Of a DNA stretch of 64,000 bases, positions 1 to 8,938 are shown in pieces. This DNA comes from Clostridia bacterium (GTDB lineage Bacteria; Bacillota; Clostridia; TANB77; CAG-508). Numbering within the stretch: the stretch's first letter is position 1; each line of letters opens with the position of its first letter. The translations under genes and the position numbers were made by a program. The notes under the pieces were generated by a model. That model did not search any database and was not told the DNA's origin. It was given only the letters and a program-made list of their open reading frames with translations. The stretch lies in assembly GCA_045593405.1 (NCBI GenBank), contig JAZNWN010000015.1, positions 91,542-155,541 on the forward strand, read 5' to 3'.

Positions 1-546
1 GTCAAAGCTTATACTATCATCTAATACTAAATCGTTTGTAGGATCTATACTATTTTGTTTTAACACATATTCTAATGTCATATATGGTACTCCGCCTTTT
101 CTTCCAGGTATTACAGTCTTTCCTTTTAGATCTTGCCAAGAGAAATTATCTGTTTGTTCTCTTGCTACTAAAAATGAACCATCTCTTTTTGTAAGCTGTG
201 CAAACACTTGTGGATAATCTGTTTTCCCTTCATTATATACATATATTGCTGCTTCTGGTCCAGCAAATCCTATATCACTTTGACCTGAAAGAACTGCTGT
301 CATAACATTATCTGCTCCTCCTCCATTTGTAAGTTCTATTTTTATTCCATAATCTTCAAAATATCCTAATGCTATAGCAACATATTGTGGCGCGTAAAAA
401 ACTGAACGAGTTACTTCGTTTACTCGAACCAATGTAGTTCCTGTTTGTGTGCCTTCATCATTTGAATCCCCATTTAGATTAACAAGTATTATTGTTCCTA
501 TTATTATTAACACTATAATAATAGCTGTTATGATTAATTTTTTCAA
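1..546 (-). CDS. ABC transporter substrate-binding protein, NitT/TauT (SsuA/TauA-like) family; C-terminus lies outside the window
   Basis: Reverse-strand translation gives a signal peptide (LKKLIITAIIIVLIIIGTIILVNLNGDSNDE) followed by a family-typical periplasmic binding domain (VFYAPQYVAIALGYFEDYGIKIELTNGGGADNVM). TTG start at 544-546 has a GGAGG RBS. It lies downstream of the permease and ATPase genes. Confidence 0.7.
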   Translation of the reverse strand, partial: MKKLIITAIIIVLIIIGTIILVNLNGDSNDEGTQTGTTLVRVNEVTRSVFYAPQYVAIALGYFEDYGIKIELTNGGGADNVMTAVLSGQSDIGFAGPEAAIYVYNEGKTDYPQVFAQLTKRDGSFLVAREQTDNFSWQDLKGKTVIPGRKGGVPYMTLEYVLKQNSIDPTNDLVLDDSISFD

Positions 547-595
547 AATTAAACCTCCATAATTCATAAATTGTAGATATTAATTCAAAACGCAT

Positions 596-665
596 TGTAG
601 GGACGATTTTAATCGCCCGTTTTTCGAAGCATAGTCGAACAAGTTCGCCCCTACAAATTGCGCCA
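596..665. repeat. REPIN doublet TGTAGGGACGATTTTAATCGCCCG-TTTTTCGAAGCATAGT-CGAACAAGTTCGCCCCTACAAATTGCGCC
   Basis: Two inverted REPs with the CTTCGAAG-type spacer, between the SBP and permease genes. Confidence 0.7.
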
Positions 666-697
666 TAATTTTTTTCTCCAAATTCCAATTTTTAATA

Positions 698-1514
698 TTA
701 TCCAAAAAGGTGTGTTTTTAATAATATTTTTTCTAATAATGCAATTAGACCATACATTAGCGCTGCTACAATTGCAAGTATTACTATACCCGTCATTACC
801 AAATCTAGTTTAAACACTTGGCTTCCGTAGTTTATCAAATATCCGTAGTCCTGCTTTTGAAACCAAAAATTCTCCAGTTATAACACCTACCATTGATAAA
901 CCAATGTTTATTTTTAATGAATTTATAAAATTAGAAATATTGGCAGGAATTATTATTTTTGTTAATAACTGTAATTTTGTACAGTTGAATGTTTTCGCCA
1001 TTTTTATTTTTTCTTTATCAGTTTCTAAAAATCCATTTAAAATGTCTAATATTGTTACCACCAGAGATATTGCTATCGCCATTGTTACTATCGCAGAAGT
1101 TCCTGCGCCTACCCATATTATTATTACAGGGCCCAATGCAACTTTTGGCAAACTGTTTAATATTACCAAAAATGGTTCCGAAACTTTATTTAAGAACTCT
1201 GACCACCATAACGTAATTGCAATTATAATTCCAATTCCAGTTCCCAATAAAAAGCCTATTAAAGTTTCATTGCAGGTAACTTGTATGTGCATTAGCAAAT
1301 CATTAGAAGATAAGTTTATAAAAGTTTTTAAAATTTTTGAAGGCTGACTCATAATAAAGCTATCTACAAGTTCTCTATTTGCTGCAAATTCCCAAATTGC
1401 TATAAATGCTATTAATACACTTATTTGTGTAACTAAAATGCTAATTTTTTTGATACTCTTTTTTCTTAAGTACTTTTTTCTATCGTCTGAAATATTTTTC
1501 TTAGGCATGCACAT
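698..1514 (-). CDS. ABC transporter permease (NitT/TauT family); needs a +1 shift at the in-frame CGG (+ strand CCG 843-845)
   Basis: The ORF-track protein ends ...GEFLVSKAGLRIFDKLRKPSV. Skipping the C of CTA-CGG-ATA gives ...KAGL-GYLINYGSQVFKLDLVMTGIVILAIVAALMYGLIALLEKILLKTHLFG, the canonical permease C-terminus, ending at TAA 698-700. Confidence 0.7.
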
Positions 1515-2268
1515 CTAACTCCTTCCAAATGCTGTCAAAGTATTTGCTAAATTCAGGAGTTTCCCTTACATTCAAAGGATTTCTATTTTTTATATTAAAT
1601 TTTACTTCTTTAATACATTTTATAGTAGCAGGTCTTTGGGTCAGTATTGCAATTCTATCAGACATACTTATGCTTTCTGATATATCATGCGTTACCATCA
1701 CTGCTGTTATTCCTTCGTTTTTTAATATTTTATAAATATCCTTTGTAACCATTATTCTTGTTTGATAATCTAAGGCCGAGAAAGCCTCATCCAATAACAA
1801 TATTTTTGGTTTTATTGCAAGAGTCCTAATTAAAGCAACTCTTTGGCGCATTCCTCCTGATAATTGAGATGGATATTTATCTTTGAATTCATATAAATTA
1901 TATTTCTTCAAAAGTTCTTCTACATAGGCTTTGTTTTCTTCTGTTTTAAGATGTCTTATCTCCAGTCCAAACATAACATTTCTGTATATACTCCTCCATT
2001 CTAGCAGGCTATCCTTTTGTAGCATATAACCTATTTTTGGTGATATTCCTATTGTTTCTTCTCCATCTATGTAGAGCTTTCCAGATGTTTTAGGCTCTAA
2101 TCCAGCAATTATTGAAAGCAATGTAGATTTTCCACAACCACTAGGACCAATTATACATAATAACTCTCCTTCATATACAGTTAAATTTACATTTTTTAAA
2201 GCTTCAATTTCTCCGTTCTTTGCTTGATATGTTTTTGATATATTTTCTATTTTTAAAACTTCCTCCAA
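1501..2268 (-). CDS. ABC transporter ATP-binding protein (SsuB/TauB-like)
   Basis: Walker A GPSGCGKST, signature LSGGMRQR, Walker B LLLDEAFSALD. Likely TTG start at 2266-2268 with an AAGGAGG RBS 7 nt upstream. Overlaps the permease start. Confidence 0.85.
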   Translation of the reverse strand: MEEVLKIENISKTYQAKNGEIEALKNVNLTVYEGELLCIIGPSGCGKSTLLSIIAGLEPKTSGKLYIDGEETIGISPKIGYMLQKDSLLEWRSIYRNVMFGLEIRHLKTEENKAYVEELLKKYNLYEFKDKYPSQLSGGMRQRVALIRTLAIKPKILLLDEAFSALDYQTRIMVTKDIYKILKNEGITAVMVTHDISESISMSDRIAILTQRPATIKCIKEVKFNIKNRNPLNVRETPEFSKYFDSIWKELDVHA

Positions 2269-2433
2269 AATTCTTCCTCCTTTTGTATATAAACTTATCA
2301 TATTAATAGTATATTCTAGAGAATAATTTTAGGTGTCAAAAAATCCAGAGTTTTGGCTATATATTGGTTTTTTGACTTTTTTCTAAAATTAGTGTATTTA
2401 AGGTATAATCTATTTAGAAAGGAGGATTTCTCT

Positions 2434-2673
2434 ATGAAGAAATCCTCTCGGGTAATTAAAATTACCCTCTTAGCTATTATTCTTCCACTGTTCATCATGA
2501 CAGCCGTACTTACAGTATATGGTATTATCACATTTCAACCTCCTTATGGCTCTTTATTTGAGCAATTTGGAATTTGGTACATGAGAGTGTATTGCAGTCT
2601 TGCTGCAATATGCGAAGTTGTTATCTGTGGTCAGATCATAGCTAAGATCATTAAGTTGCTGAAAGCAGCTTAA
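2434..2673 (+). CDS. Small hypothetical membrane protein (80 aa)
   Basis: Strong RBS AAAGGAGG 8 nt before ATG 2434; one predicted TM helix. Contains an in-frame CGG at codon 6 (2449-2451). Confidence 0.4.
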   Translation: MKKSSRVIKITLLAIILPLFIMTAVLTVYGIITFQPPYGSLFEQFGIWYMRVYCSLAAICEVVICGQIIAKIIKLLKAA

Positions 2674-2736
2674 TGACGAGAAAAGCGGAATCCCACAAGT
2701 GTGGAGCCGCTTTTTTATGTGCAAATATCCCAAACA

Positions 2737-2768
2737 AAAAACCGACTAGGTTATCTAATCGGTTTTTA
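2737..2768. terminator. Bidirectional rho-independent terminator hairpin
   Basis: AAAACCGACTAGG...TCGGTTTTT inverted repeat flanked by A/T runs, between convergent genes. Confidence 0.5.
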
Positions 2769-2774
2769 CAATTT

Positions 2775-3065
2775 TTATTTGCTTGTAAATGGTAATACAG
2801 CAATATGTCTTGCTCTTTTTACAGCTTGTGTTATATCTCTTTGATGTTTAGCACATGCACCTGTTGCTCTTCTTGGTAGTATTTTACCTTTTTCATTTAC
2901 GAATTTTTTTAATTGATCTGCGTTTTTATAATCTAAAACGAAATCTTTATTAGCACACATTACACATACTTTTTTTCTCATTTTTCTAAATTTTGGATTG
3001 AATTCTTCATCTCCATTATTTCTTCTTCTATTATTATTTCTATTGTTTTGTTTTTTGTCTGCCAT
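2775..3065 (-). CDS. rpsR: 30S ribosomal protein S18
   Basis: MADKKQNNR...[56 protein letters not shown] is the conserved S18 core; it is the last gene of an rpsF-ssb-rpsR arrangement. Confidence 0.9.
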   Translation of the reverse strand: MADKKQNNRNNNRRRNNGDEEFNPKFRKMRKKVCVMCANKDFVLDYKNADQLKKFVNEKGKILPRRATGACAKHQRDITQAVKRARHIAVLPFTSK

Positions 3066-3106
3066 TACTTTTCCCCCTTTCAAATGTTAATACAATTTAT
3101 GTTCTT

Positions 3107-3136
3107 GGCGGGCAGAGATAGAACTCTGCCCCTATA
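3107..3136. repeat. REP-like hairpin GGCGGGCAGAGATAGAACTCTGCCCCTATA between ssb and rpsR
   Basis: GC stem plus a CCCCTATA terminus. Confidence 0.5.
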
Positions 3137-3143
3137 TTTATTT

Positions 3144-3563
3144 CTAGAATGGTAAGTCGTCATCTGCTGATACAGAAAATTCTGAAGCTTCAGATACACT
3201 ATTTCCAAATGTATTTGCGAAACTGCTTCCTGCATCTCCATCTCTTTTACTATCAGCAAAATATGCCTCTTCTGCAACCACTTCTGTTATATAGTGTTTT
3301 TGTTTATTTTCGTCTTCCCAATTTCTAGTTTGGATTCTTCCTATAACTCCAACTTGTTGCCCTTTTTTAAAATATTTACTACAAAATTCTCCAGTTTTAC
3401 TCCATGCAACAACATTTATAAAATCAGCTTGTCTTTCTTCTCCAGCTTTAGCAAATCTTCTGTTTACTGCAAGAGAAAATGATGCAACTAATGTATTAGT
3501 GTTTTGAGTATATCTTACTTCTGGATCTTTAGTTAATCGCCCCATTAATACTACTTTATTCAT
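3144..3563 (-). CDS. ssb: Single-stranded DNA-binding protein
   Basis: OB-fold N-terminus MNKVVLMGRLTKDPEVRYTQNTNTLVASFSLAVNRRF and the acidic C-terminal tail DDDLPF. Confidence 0.9.
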   Translation of the reverse strand: MNKVVLMGRLTKDPEVRYTQNTNTLVASFSLAVNRRFAKAGEERQADFINVVAWSKTGEFCSKYFKKGQQVGVIGRIQTRNWEDENKQKHYITEVVAEEAYFADSKRDGDAGSSFANTFGNSVSEASEFSVSADDDLPF

Positions 3564-3568
3564 GCGAT

Positions 3569-3853
3569 TTACTCCTCCTCTTTTACTACTATAAATTTCA
3601 TAACTTCGTCAGTTATTCTATATACTCTTTCTAATTCTGTAATTAATTCTGGTTTAGCTTCGAATTTTAATACTACATAGTATCCTTCATTTAGTTTTTT
3701 AATTTCATAAGCTAGTCTTCTTTTTCCTAATTCTTCTACAGAACTTACTGTTCCATTACTATTAATTAAATCAGAGATTTTTGTAATTAAAGCTTTTACG
3801 CTCTCAGCCTCTAAATTTGGATTAATAATAACAACGCTTTCATATTTGTTCAT
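3569..3853 (-). CDS. rpsF: 30S ribosomal protein S6
   Basis: MNKYESVVIINPNLEAESVKAL...RRLAYEIKK...YYVVLKFEA; GGAGGTGG RBS before the ATG. Confidence 0.9.
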   Translation of the reverse strand: MNKYESVVIINPNLEAESVKALITKISDLINSNGTVSSVEELGKRRLAYEIKKLNEGYYVVLKFEAKPELITELERVYRITDEVMKFIVVKEEE

Positions 3854-3981
3854 TATTTTCCACCTCCTTTTGGATTTACAACCCATAGAACCTTTTCTAT
3901 GAGTAAGGAAAAATAGCAAATGCTATTTTTTCAGCACTTGCTATTTTAACATACTTTTTCATTATTTGCAAGAAAAATTTT

Positions 3982-4380
3982 CTAATCTGTATAATAAAAA
4001 TTTCCATCATACTTTATTCCATTTTTGTAATATACTTCAAAAGTTTCAGAATCAATAATAAATATATCATTTTCATCTCCGTAATTTAAAGTTATATTAT
4101 TTAATTTATTTGTATTTAATTCATAAAAAGTGTGACCATTATCTATTGTTTCTGGCACATTTGAAACTTTATTACCTAATGGTAATTCTCCGTATTTCCT
4201 AAAAAAAAATAAAACTTCATCTTCTAATAATTCAATATCTGCACACATTAATTCATATCTTCTCAGGTCATTTCCCGTAAAAGAGCTTGTAACTGTTACT
4301 GTCGTTAAAATTAAAATAACTATAATAGTTACTACTAGCGAAACAATTGTTATTCCTTTTTTTGATTTTAATTTTTTCAT
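3982..4380 (-). CDS. Hypothetical secreted/membrane-anchored protein
   Basis: Basic N-terminus plus hydrophobic segment (KKGITIVSLVVTIIVILILTT). It is not a canonical prepilin signal. No recognisable domain. Confidence 0.45.
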   Translation of the reverse strand: MKKLKSKKGITIVSLVVTIIVILILTTVTVTSSFTGNDLRRYELMCADIELLEDEVLFFFRKYGELPLGNKVSNVPETIDNGHTFYELNTNKLNNITLNYGDENDIFIIDSETFEVYYKNGIKYDGNFYYTD

Positions 4381-4529
4381 TTGTTTGCCTCCATTTTATA
4401 TTTATTTTATACTATCATTTTTTATTTTTCAAGAGGTGTTGCAACATTTAAATAATAATTTATCTTTTGTGGTACTTTATATTCTTTTATGTTATAATAT
4501 TATTAGTTTTAAATAAAAGGAGTACTAAT

Positions 4530-5060
4530 ATGTTTATTTTTGGAGTAATTGTTTTTTTTATTGTATTATTTATTCTTATGGGGTATAACAAATTAATTAA
4601 ATTAAGAAATAGAGTAAAACAATCTAAATCTGGAATAGAAATTTATTTAAATCAAAGGTTTGATTTAATTCCTAATTTAGTGGAATGTGTTAAAGCTTAT
4701 TCAAAACATGAAAGTGATGTTTTAGAAAACGTAAGTAAATTAAGAGCTTTATATAATAAAAGCAGAGATTTTGATAAAGCTTGTAAATTAAATAATGACA
4801 TTAATAAAATACTTGCGATAGCTGAAAATTATCCAGACTTAAAAGCAAGTGAACAATATTTGAATCTACAAAAAAATTTAGTAAAAATTGAAAGTCAACT
4901 TCAGGCTGCAAGAAGAATTTACAATAATGATGCAACAAAATATAATACTGAAATTGAAACGGTTCCAACTAACATTATAGCTAGCTTATTTAGATTTAAG
5001 TCAGCAGAATTATTTCAAATTGAAGAATATAAAAAAGAAAACATTAATATAGAATTGTAG
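4530..5060 (+). CDS. lemA: LemA family protein
   Basis: N-terminal TM helix followed by the conserved LemA core (NKLIKLRNRVKQSKSGIEIYLNQRFDLIPNLVE...AENYPDLKASEQYLNLQ); RBS AAAGGAG. Confidence 0.85.
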   Translation: MFIFGVIVFFIVLFILMGYNKLIKLRNRVKQSKSGIEIYLNQRFDLIPNLVECVKAYSKHESDVLENVSKLRALYNKSRDFDKACKLNNDINKILAIAENYPDLKASEQYLNLQKNLVKIESQLQAARRIYNNDATKYNTEIETVPTNIIASLFRFKSAELFQIEEYKKENINIEL

Positions 5061-5071
5061 AGGAATAATTT

Positions 5072-6028
5072 ATGAAAAAAAGTTTTGAAGATTTATATGA
5101 AGACATAATTAATTCTGATTTTGAAAGATTTAATGAAATTGCAGGGAAAGCAAAAAAGGAACAAAAAATATGTATTATAGTTTTTTTAATTGTAGCCTTT
5201 ATTGTAGATATTCTCTGGGTTTCTAGAGTATTTTATTGTTTCCCAGGTTTCGATATTTCGTTTATTACATTTTTAATAGTACCTATACTTATAATAGATA
5301 TTTTCCTTTATTTGTTAATTAATATCCCCTTTTCTAAGAATAGGAAAAAATATAACTCTTCATTTAAAGAAATTATTATACAAAAACTATTAAATAATTT
5401 TTATGATAGCTTACATTATATCCCCAAAAAACCTATGCCAAGAGCAATTTATAATGAACCAAAATATAAAGAATATTATAATAGATATTATTCTGATGAT
5501 TATTTAGAAGGTTTTTTAGATAATAAGTTTCCTTTAAAAATGGCTGAAGTCAAAACAGTTGAAGAAACTACTACACGTGATTCAGATGGCAATACCAGTA
5601 CAAATACAACAACAAAGTTTTATGGGTTATTTGCAAAAATAAAAATGGAAAAATCAATTAATAGTGAATTATTAATTAGAGCTAATAGAAGTATTCCATC
5701 AAATCAAAGATTAGAAATGGATTCTCAAGAATTCGAAAAATACTTTGATGTGTCTGCAACTAATTCTATAATTGGAATGCAGTTATTAACACATGACATA
5801 ATGGAACTGTTAATATCTTTTAGAAAACTTTCCGAAATTAATTATGATATAACTATTTATAATAATGTTATATATTTAAGATTTCATACTGGCCAAATGT
5901 TTGAGCTAAAGTCTATAAAAAAAGGTGCTTTTGATAAAGAAATGTTAAAGAAATATTATAGTGTTCTTGATTTTACATATACTTTATCTAGAACACTTAT
6001 TGATTTAATTGAAAAAACTGAAATTTAG
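5072..6028 (+). CDS. Hypothetical membrane protein, LemA-associated (possibly DUF3137-like)
   Basis: Starts 12 nt after lemA. Two TM segments then a soluble domain. This matches the usual partner gene of lemA. Confidence 0.45.
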   Translation: MKKSFEDLYEDIINSDFERFNEIAGKAKKEQKICIIVFLIVAFIVDILWVSRVFYCFPGFDISFITFLIVPILIIDIFLYLLINIPFSKNRKKYNSSFKEIIIQKLLNNFYDSLHYIPKKPMPRAIYNEPKYKEYYNRYYSDDYLEGFLDNKFPLKMAEVKTVEETTTRDSDGNTSTNTTTKFYGLFAKIKMEKSINSELLIRANRSIPSNQRLEMDSQEFEKYFDVSATNSIIGMQLLTHDIMELLISFRKLSEINYDITIYNNVIYLRFHTGQMFELKSIKKGAFDKEMLKKYYSVLDFTYTLSRTLIDLIEKTEI

Positions 6029-6032
6029 GTTT

Positions 6033-6110
6033 ATAGGGGTGCATGACTCAGAGCGCCCCTAAATTAATTTAGATTTAATTTCTGTGGCACCAGATCATGC
6101 GCCCTTACAT
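6033..6110. repeat. Two REP-like GC-rich hairpins (TAGGGG...CCCCTA family)
   Basis: ATAGGGGTGCATGACTCAGAGCGCCCCTAAATT and GTGGCACCAGATCATGCGCCCTTACA, between convergent genes. Confidence 0.6.
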
Positions 6111-6729
6111 TTTCTTTTTCAATTATTTTATATACCCTTTTTACTAATTTATATCTTCTATTTTCCCTAACCACTATGTACCATAAATATGTTAACACTG
6201 CTACGATAGCAATATTTTTTATGTATAAAACCAAAACGCTAGTGGCTGCTGTTAAAATTATTATCGTTATATTTGATATTTTATTTATTATATAATTTGT
6301 TTTTTGATAATCTATTTTTATATTTAATATTGATTTTAGAATTCTTCCTCCATCTAATGGATATATTGGAATTAAATTAAATACCGATATTATTAAATTA
6401 GAATAAATTATATTAGTATGTAAGTTAAATATTATTGCGAAAACCATTATACATAAATTTGAAAGTGGGCCTGCGATAGCTATTAATAATTTTTTTATTT
6501 CTCTTTTTCCTTCCGTTCCTTTTTCCTCAAATGTTATTTTAAATCCAAATGGCATTACCCAAAATTTCTTTAATTTTAATCCTAAAATCATTCCTGTTAA
6601 TGCATGAGTCACTTCATGTATTAATGTAAATAGAATAAATAATGCATATATGTCTATCTGTTTTGTTAATATAAAAATTAGTATGAATAAAAATATCTCT
6701 ATATTTATATTAATTTGTATTTTAATCAC
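6064..6729 (-). CDS. Peptidase M50 / site-2 protease family protein (SpoIVFB-like)
   Basis: HEVTHAL (HExxH) in a TM helix, multiple TM segments. It lies immediately downstream of the M23 peptidase gene, as in spoIVFA-spoIVFB. Confidence 0.7.
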   Translation of the reverse strand: MIKIQININIEIFLFILIFILTKQIDIYALFILFTLIHEVTHALTGMILGLKLKKFWVMPFGFKITFEEKGTEGKREIKKLLIAIAGPLSNLCIMVFAIIFNLHTNIIYSNLIISVFNLIPIYPLDGGRILKSILNIKIDYQKTNYIINKISNITIIILTAATSVLVLYIKNIAIVAVLTYLWYIVVRENRRYKLVKRVYKIIEKENVRAHDLVPQKLNLN

Positions 6730-6733
6730 CTTC

Positions 6734-7628
6734 TTAAAAATCTAATATTAAATCTGGATCTACATATTCATTGTTTCTTCTTATTTCAAAATGCAAGTGT
6801 GGTCCTGTTACATTTCCAGTACTTCCTGTTTCTCCTATTTGCTGTCCTTGTGATATTTTGTCCCCTTCTGATACATAAATTGTTTTACAGTGAGCATAAA
6901 GAGTAGTTACATCTCCATTTGTTATCTTTATATGGTTTCCGATAATCTCCAACTGAAGACACTAATTCTACTGTTCCCTCCATGGCAGACACAAATACCG
7001 TTCCTTCTGATACTCCTATATCAATCCCTGTATGGTATTTAGGTACAGTTGCTGTTGTAGGATTCCTTAGTCCAAATCTTGAAGTTACTGTTCCTGTTAT
7101 TGGTTTTATAAATGAAAAATTATTTTTTATATATTCTGCATCCTCTTCCATTTGACTAACACTACTTGCCTCTTCTGTTTTAGCATCTGTTTCCTCTACA
7201 ACTTGCTCACTTGCCGATAAAGTTGCTTCTTGTACTACATTACTAGAAACTGCTTCTTCACTAATATTATTTTCAACAGTATTAGTTGTATCCACATTGT
7301 TTTCATCAATTGACAAATTAAAAGTTGTCATATAATTTTTTACGTCTTCAAAGGTTTTTCCCATGTTTATATCATGTGACATTGCTCCTCTTATAAAATC
7401 AACTGAATCTACTGAAAAACTATCAGCATTAGTTTGTAATTTGTAAATCAGGGTATATATACCTATACATATAATTATTTGAATTATTACTTTTTTTAAT
7501 AGTTTATAATTCTTTCTAGGACTTACATTTACAGTTGTCGTTCTTGCTGTGTTAATTGAATTTTGTCTCCTATAATATAACTCCTCTGCTCTTCTTTGCT
7601 TTTCCTCTTGGCTCAATGTTCTTTCCAT
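6734..7628 (-). CDS. M23 family metallopeptidase (SpoIVFA/LytM-like); needs a +1 shift at in-frame CGG (+ strand CCG 6939-6941)
   Basis: Two overlapping ORFs (6885-7628 and 6734-6952) together carry the M23 motifs HTGIDIG...GNHIKITNGDVTTLYAHC...GETGSTGNVTGPHLHFE. Skipping the C in GAT-TAT-CGG-AAA gives ...SSVGDY-GNHIKI. N-terminal TM segment present. Confidence 0.7.
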
Positions 7629-7712
7629 AAAAAAACACCCCTCTTAAGTAATTTTTTAATATATATTACTTAAAAAAGGATTTTAGAACTTTTTTTATTG
7701 TATAAAAAATTT

Positions 7713-8039
7713 TTATATAAAATTTATAATTATATTTAATATCAGTATTCCCGCTAATATTATACTTGTGTTTTTTAATTTTTTATATTTCTTCTTTATT
7801 ATCTCTACTTCCAAATTTCTTATTACTTTTTTTTCCTCTATTTTTGATAAATAATTACTTACAACCATTTCCGCTTCTTTTACTACATAATCTGATGAAA
7901 GTCTTTTGCCTGTTGGTTCCTGTTTTTCAATATTTTGTTTAAAGTTTTTATTTGATTTTAAAATTACATATGCTTCTTCTACAATGTTAGAAGGTAAATT
8001 TTTAAGTACTACCATGTTTTTCATTTTGCTTTCATTCAT
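7713..8039 (-). CDS. Hypothetical protein with C-terminal TM segment
   Basis: ORF in the sporulation gene block; no recognisable motif. Confidence 0.35.
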   Translation of the reverse strand: MNESKMKNMVVLKNLPSNIVEEAYVILKSNKNFKQNIEKQEPTGKRLSSDYVVKEAEMVVSNYLSKIEEKKVIRNLEVEIIKKKYKKLKNTSIILAGILILNIIINFI

Positions 8040-8165
8040 AGTATCACTCTCCTAAATTAATTCTTTACAATTTAGGAAAATTTATACAAAATTGTATTTT
8101 GTTTTTGGTATGGTTTAATTGTTTTTTAATGTGTAGGGAATTCATAATTTATAATTAAACCAATT

Positions 8166-8195
8166 TTGGGGCGCAATCATACGCCCCTACATATT
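8166..8195. repeat. REP-like hairpin GGGGCGCAATCATACGCCCCTACA
   Basis: CCCCTACA terminus and a GC stem in an AT-rich intergenic region. Confidence 0.55.
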
Positions 8196-8243
8196 ACAAA
8201 TTACTTTTTTAAATACCAAATGCAAAACACCATTCCTAAATAA

Positions 8244-8936
8244 TTAATCAATCATTTCCATACTCGTTTCCTCTTTTATTCCTTCTAAATTATAATATGT
8301 TTCCGGAACACCACCCACTATTACTGTTTCTACCAATAAGACTTGGTTTATTATTTCGTTATTTATTGTTTTATATGATGTTACAATATTTACATCACAA
8401 ATTACTTCTAAGTAAATTCTATATACTGTTTGATTTATTCCCTGTGTGACAAATTCAGTTTTTAACTCTGTTGTTACTGCCCCTGCTGGTATTATAGACA
8501 TATTTATTCCTGGACCAAATCCTGATAAAAATTTATTTCCTAAAATTGCACCCATTGGAATTTCTATTTTTTCTTGTTCTAATTCCACCAGTCTATTATT
8601 TACTTCTATTGCAATATCTGATGCTATATCATTTATAGCTCTTACATCTGTTTTTAATATACTTGTATTTTCAGTTTCATTTCTTGTAATTGATACAAGA
8701 TCTTTATATTCATATCTATGAACTACCTTTGTAGATTCTGTATTTAATATATCTGTTGCAATCTGTATTGCTTTTTCCTTGCATAATTCTTCAAAAATTG
8801 GATCAATTGATTTTATACTAGACATTATAGTAATCACTGCAATTATTATTATTAATGTAAGAGTCATTTTTTTCTTTATTGTTTTTTTATCAGAATAAAA
8901 TATTTTTATTCTTTTTCTTGAATAAATTTTATCCAT
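8244..8936 (-). CDS. yunB: Sporulation protein YunB
   Basis: N-terminal TM anchor plus the conserved YunB core (...IPMGAILGNKFLSGFGPGINMSIIPAGAVTTELKTEFVTQGINQT...); typical YunB length. Confidence 0.65.
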   Translation of the reverse strand: MDKIYSRKRIKIFYSDKKTIKKKMTLTLIIIIAVITIMSSIKSIDPIFEELCKEKAIQIATDILNTESTKVVHRYEYKDLVSITRNETENTSILKTDVRAINDIASDIAIEVNNRLVELEQEKIEIPMGAILGNKFLSGFGPGINMSIIPAGAVTTELKTEFVTQGINQTVYRIYLEVICDVNIVTSYKTINNEIINQVLLVETVIVGGVPETYYNLEGIKEETSMEMID

Positions 8937-8938
8937 TT

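Noticed and set aside
904-1347. Plus-strand ORFs of 60-170 aa lying inside or antisense to the large minus-strand genes (e.g. 904-1347, 989-1216, 12508-13433, 33541-34056, 35503-35871, 46344-46733, 48526-48963, 52135-52673, 54864-55405)
   Set aside because: Low-complexity, Leu/Phe/Ile-rich translations typical of antisense frames in AT-rich DNA. They have no RBS and fully overlap well-supported genes on the other strand.
3982-4380. Type IV pilin/pseudopilin for the KKGITIVSLVV protein
   Set aside because: It lacks the G-F/M-T-L-x-E prepilin cleavage motif (no Phe at +1, no Glu at +5). It was called only a generic membrane-anchored hypothetical.
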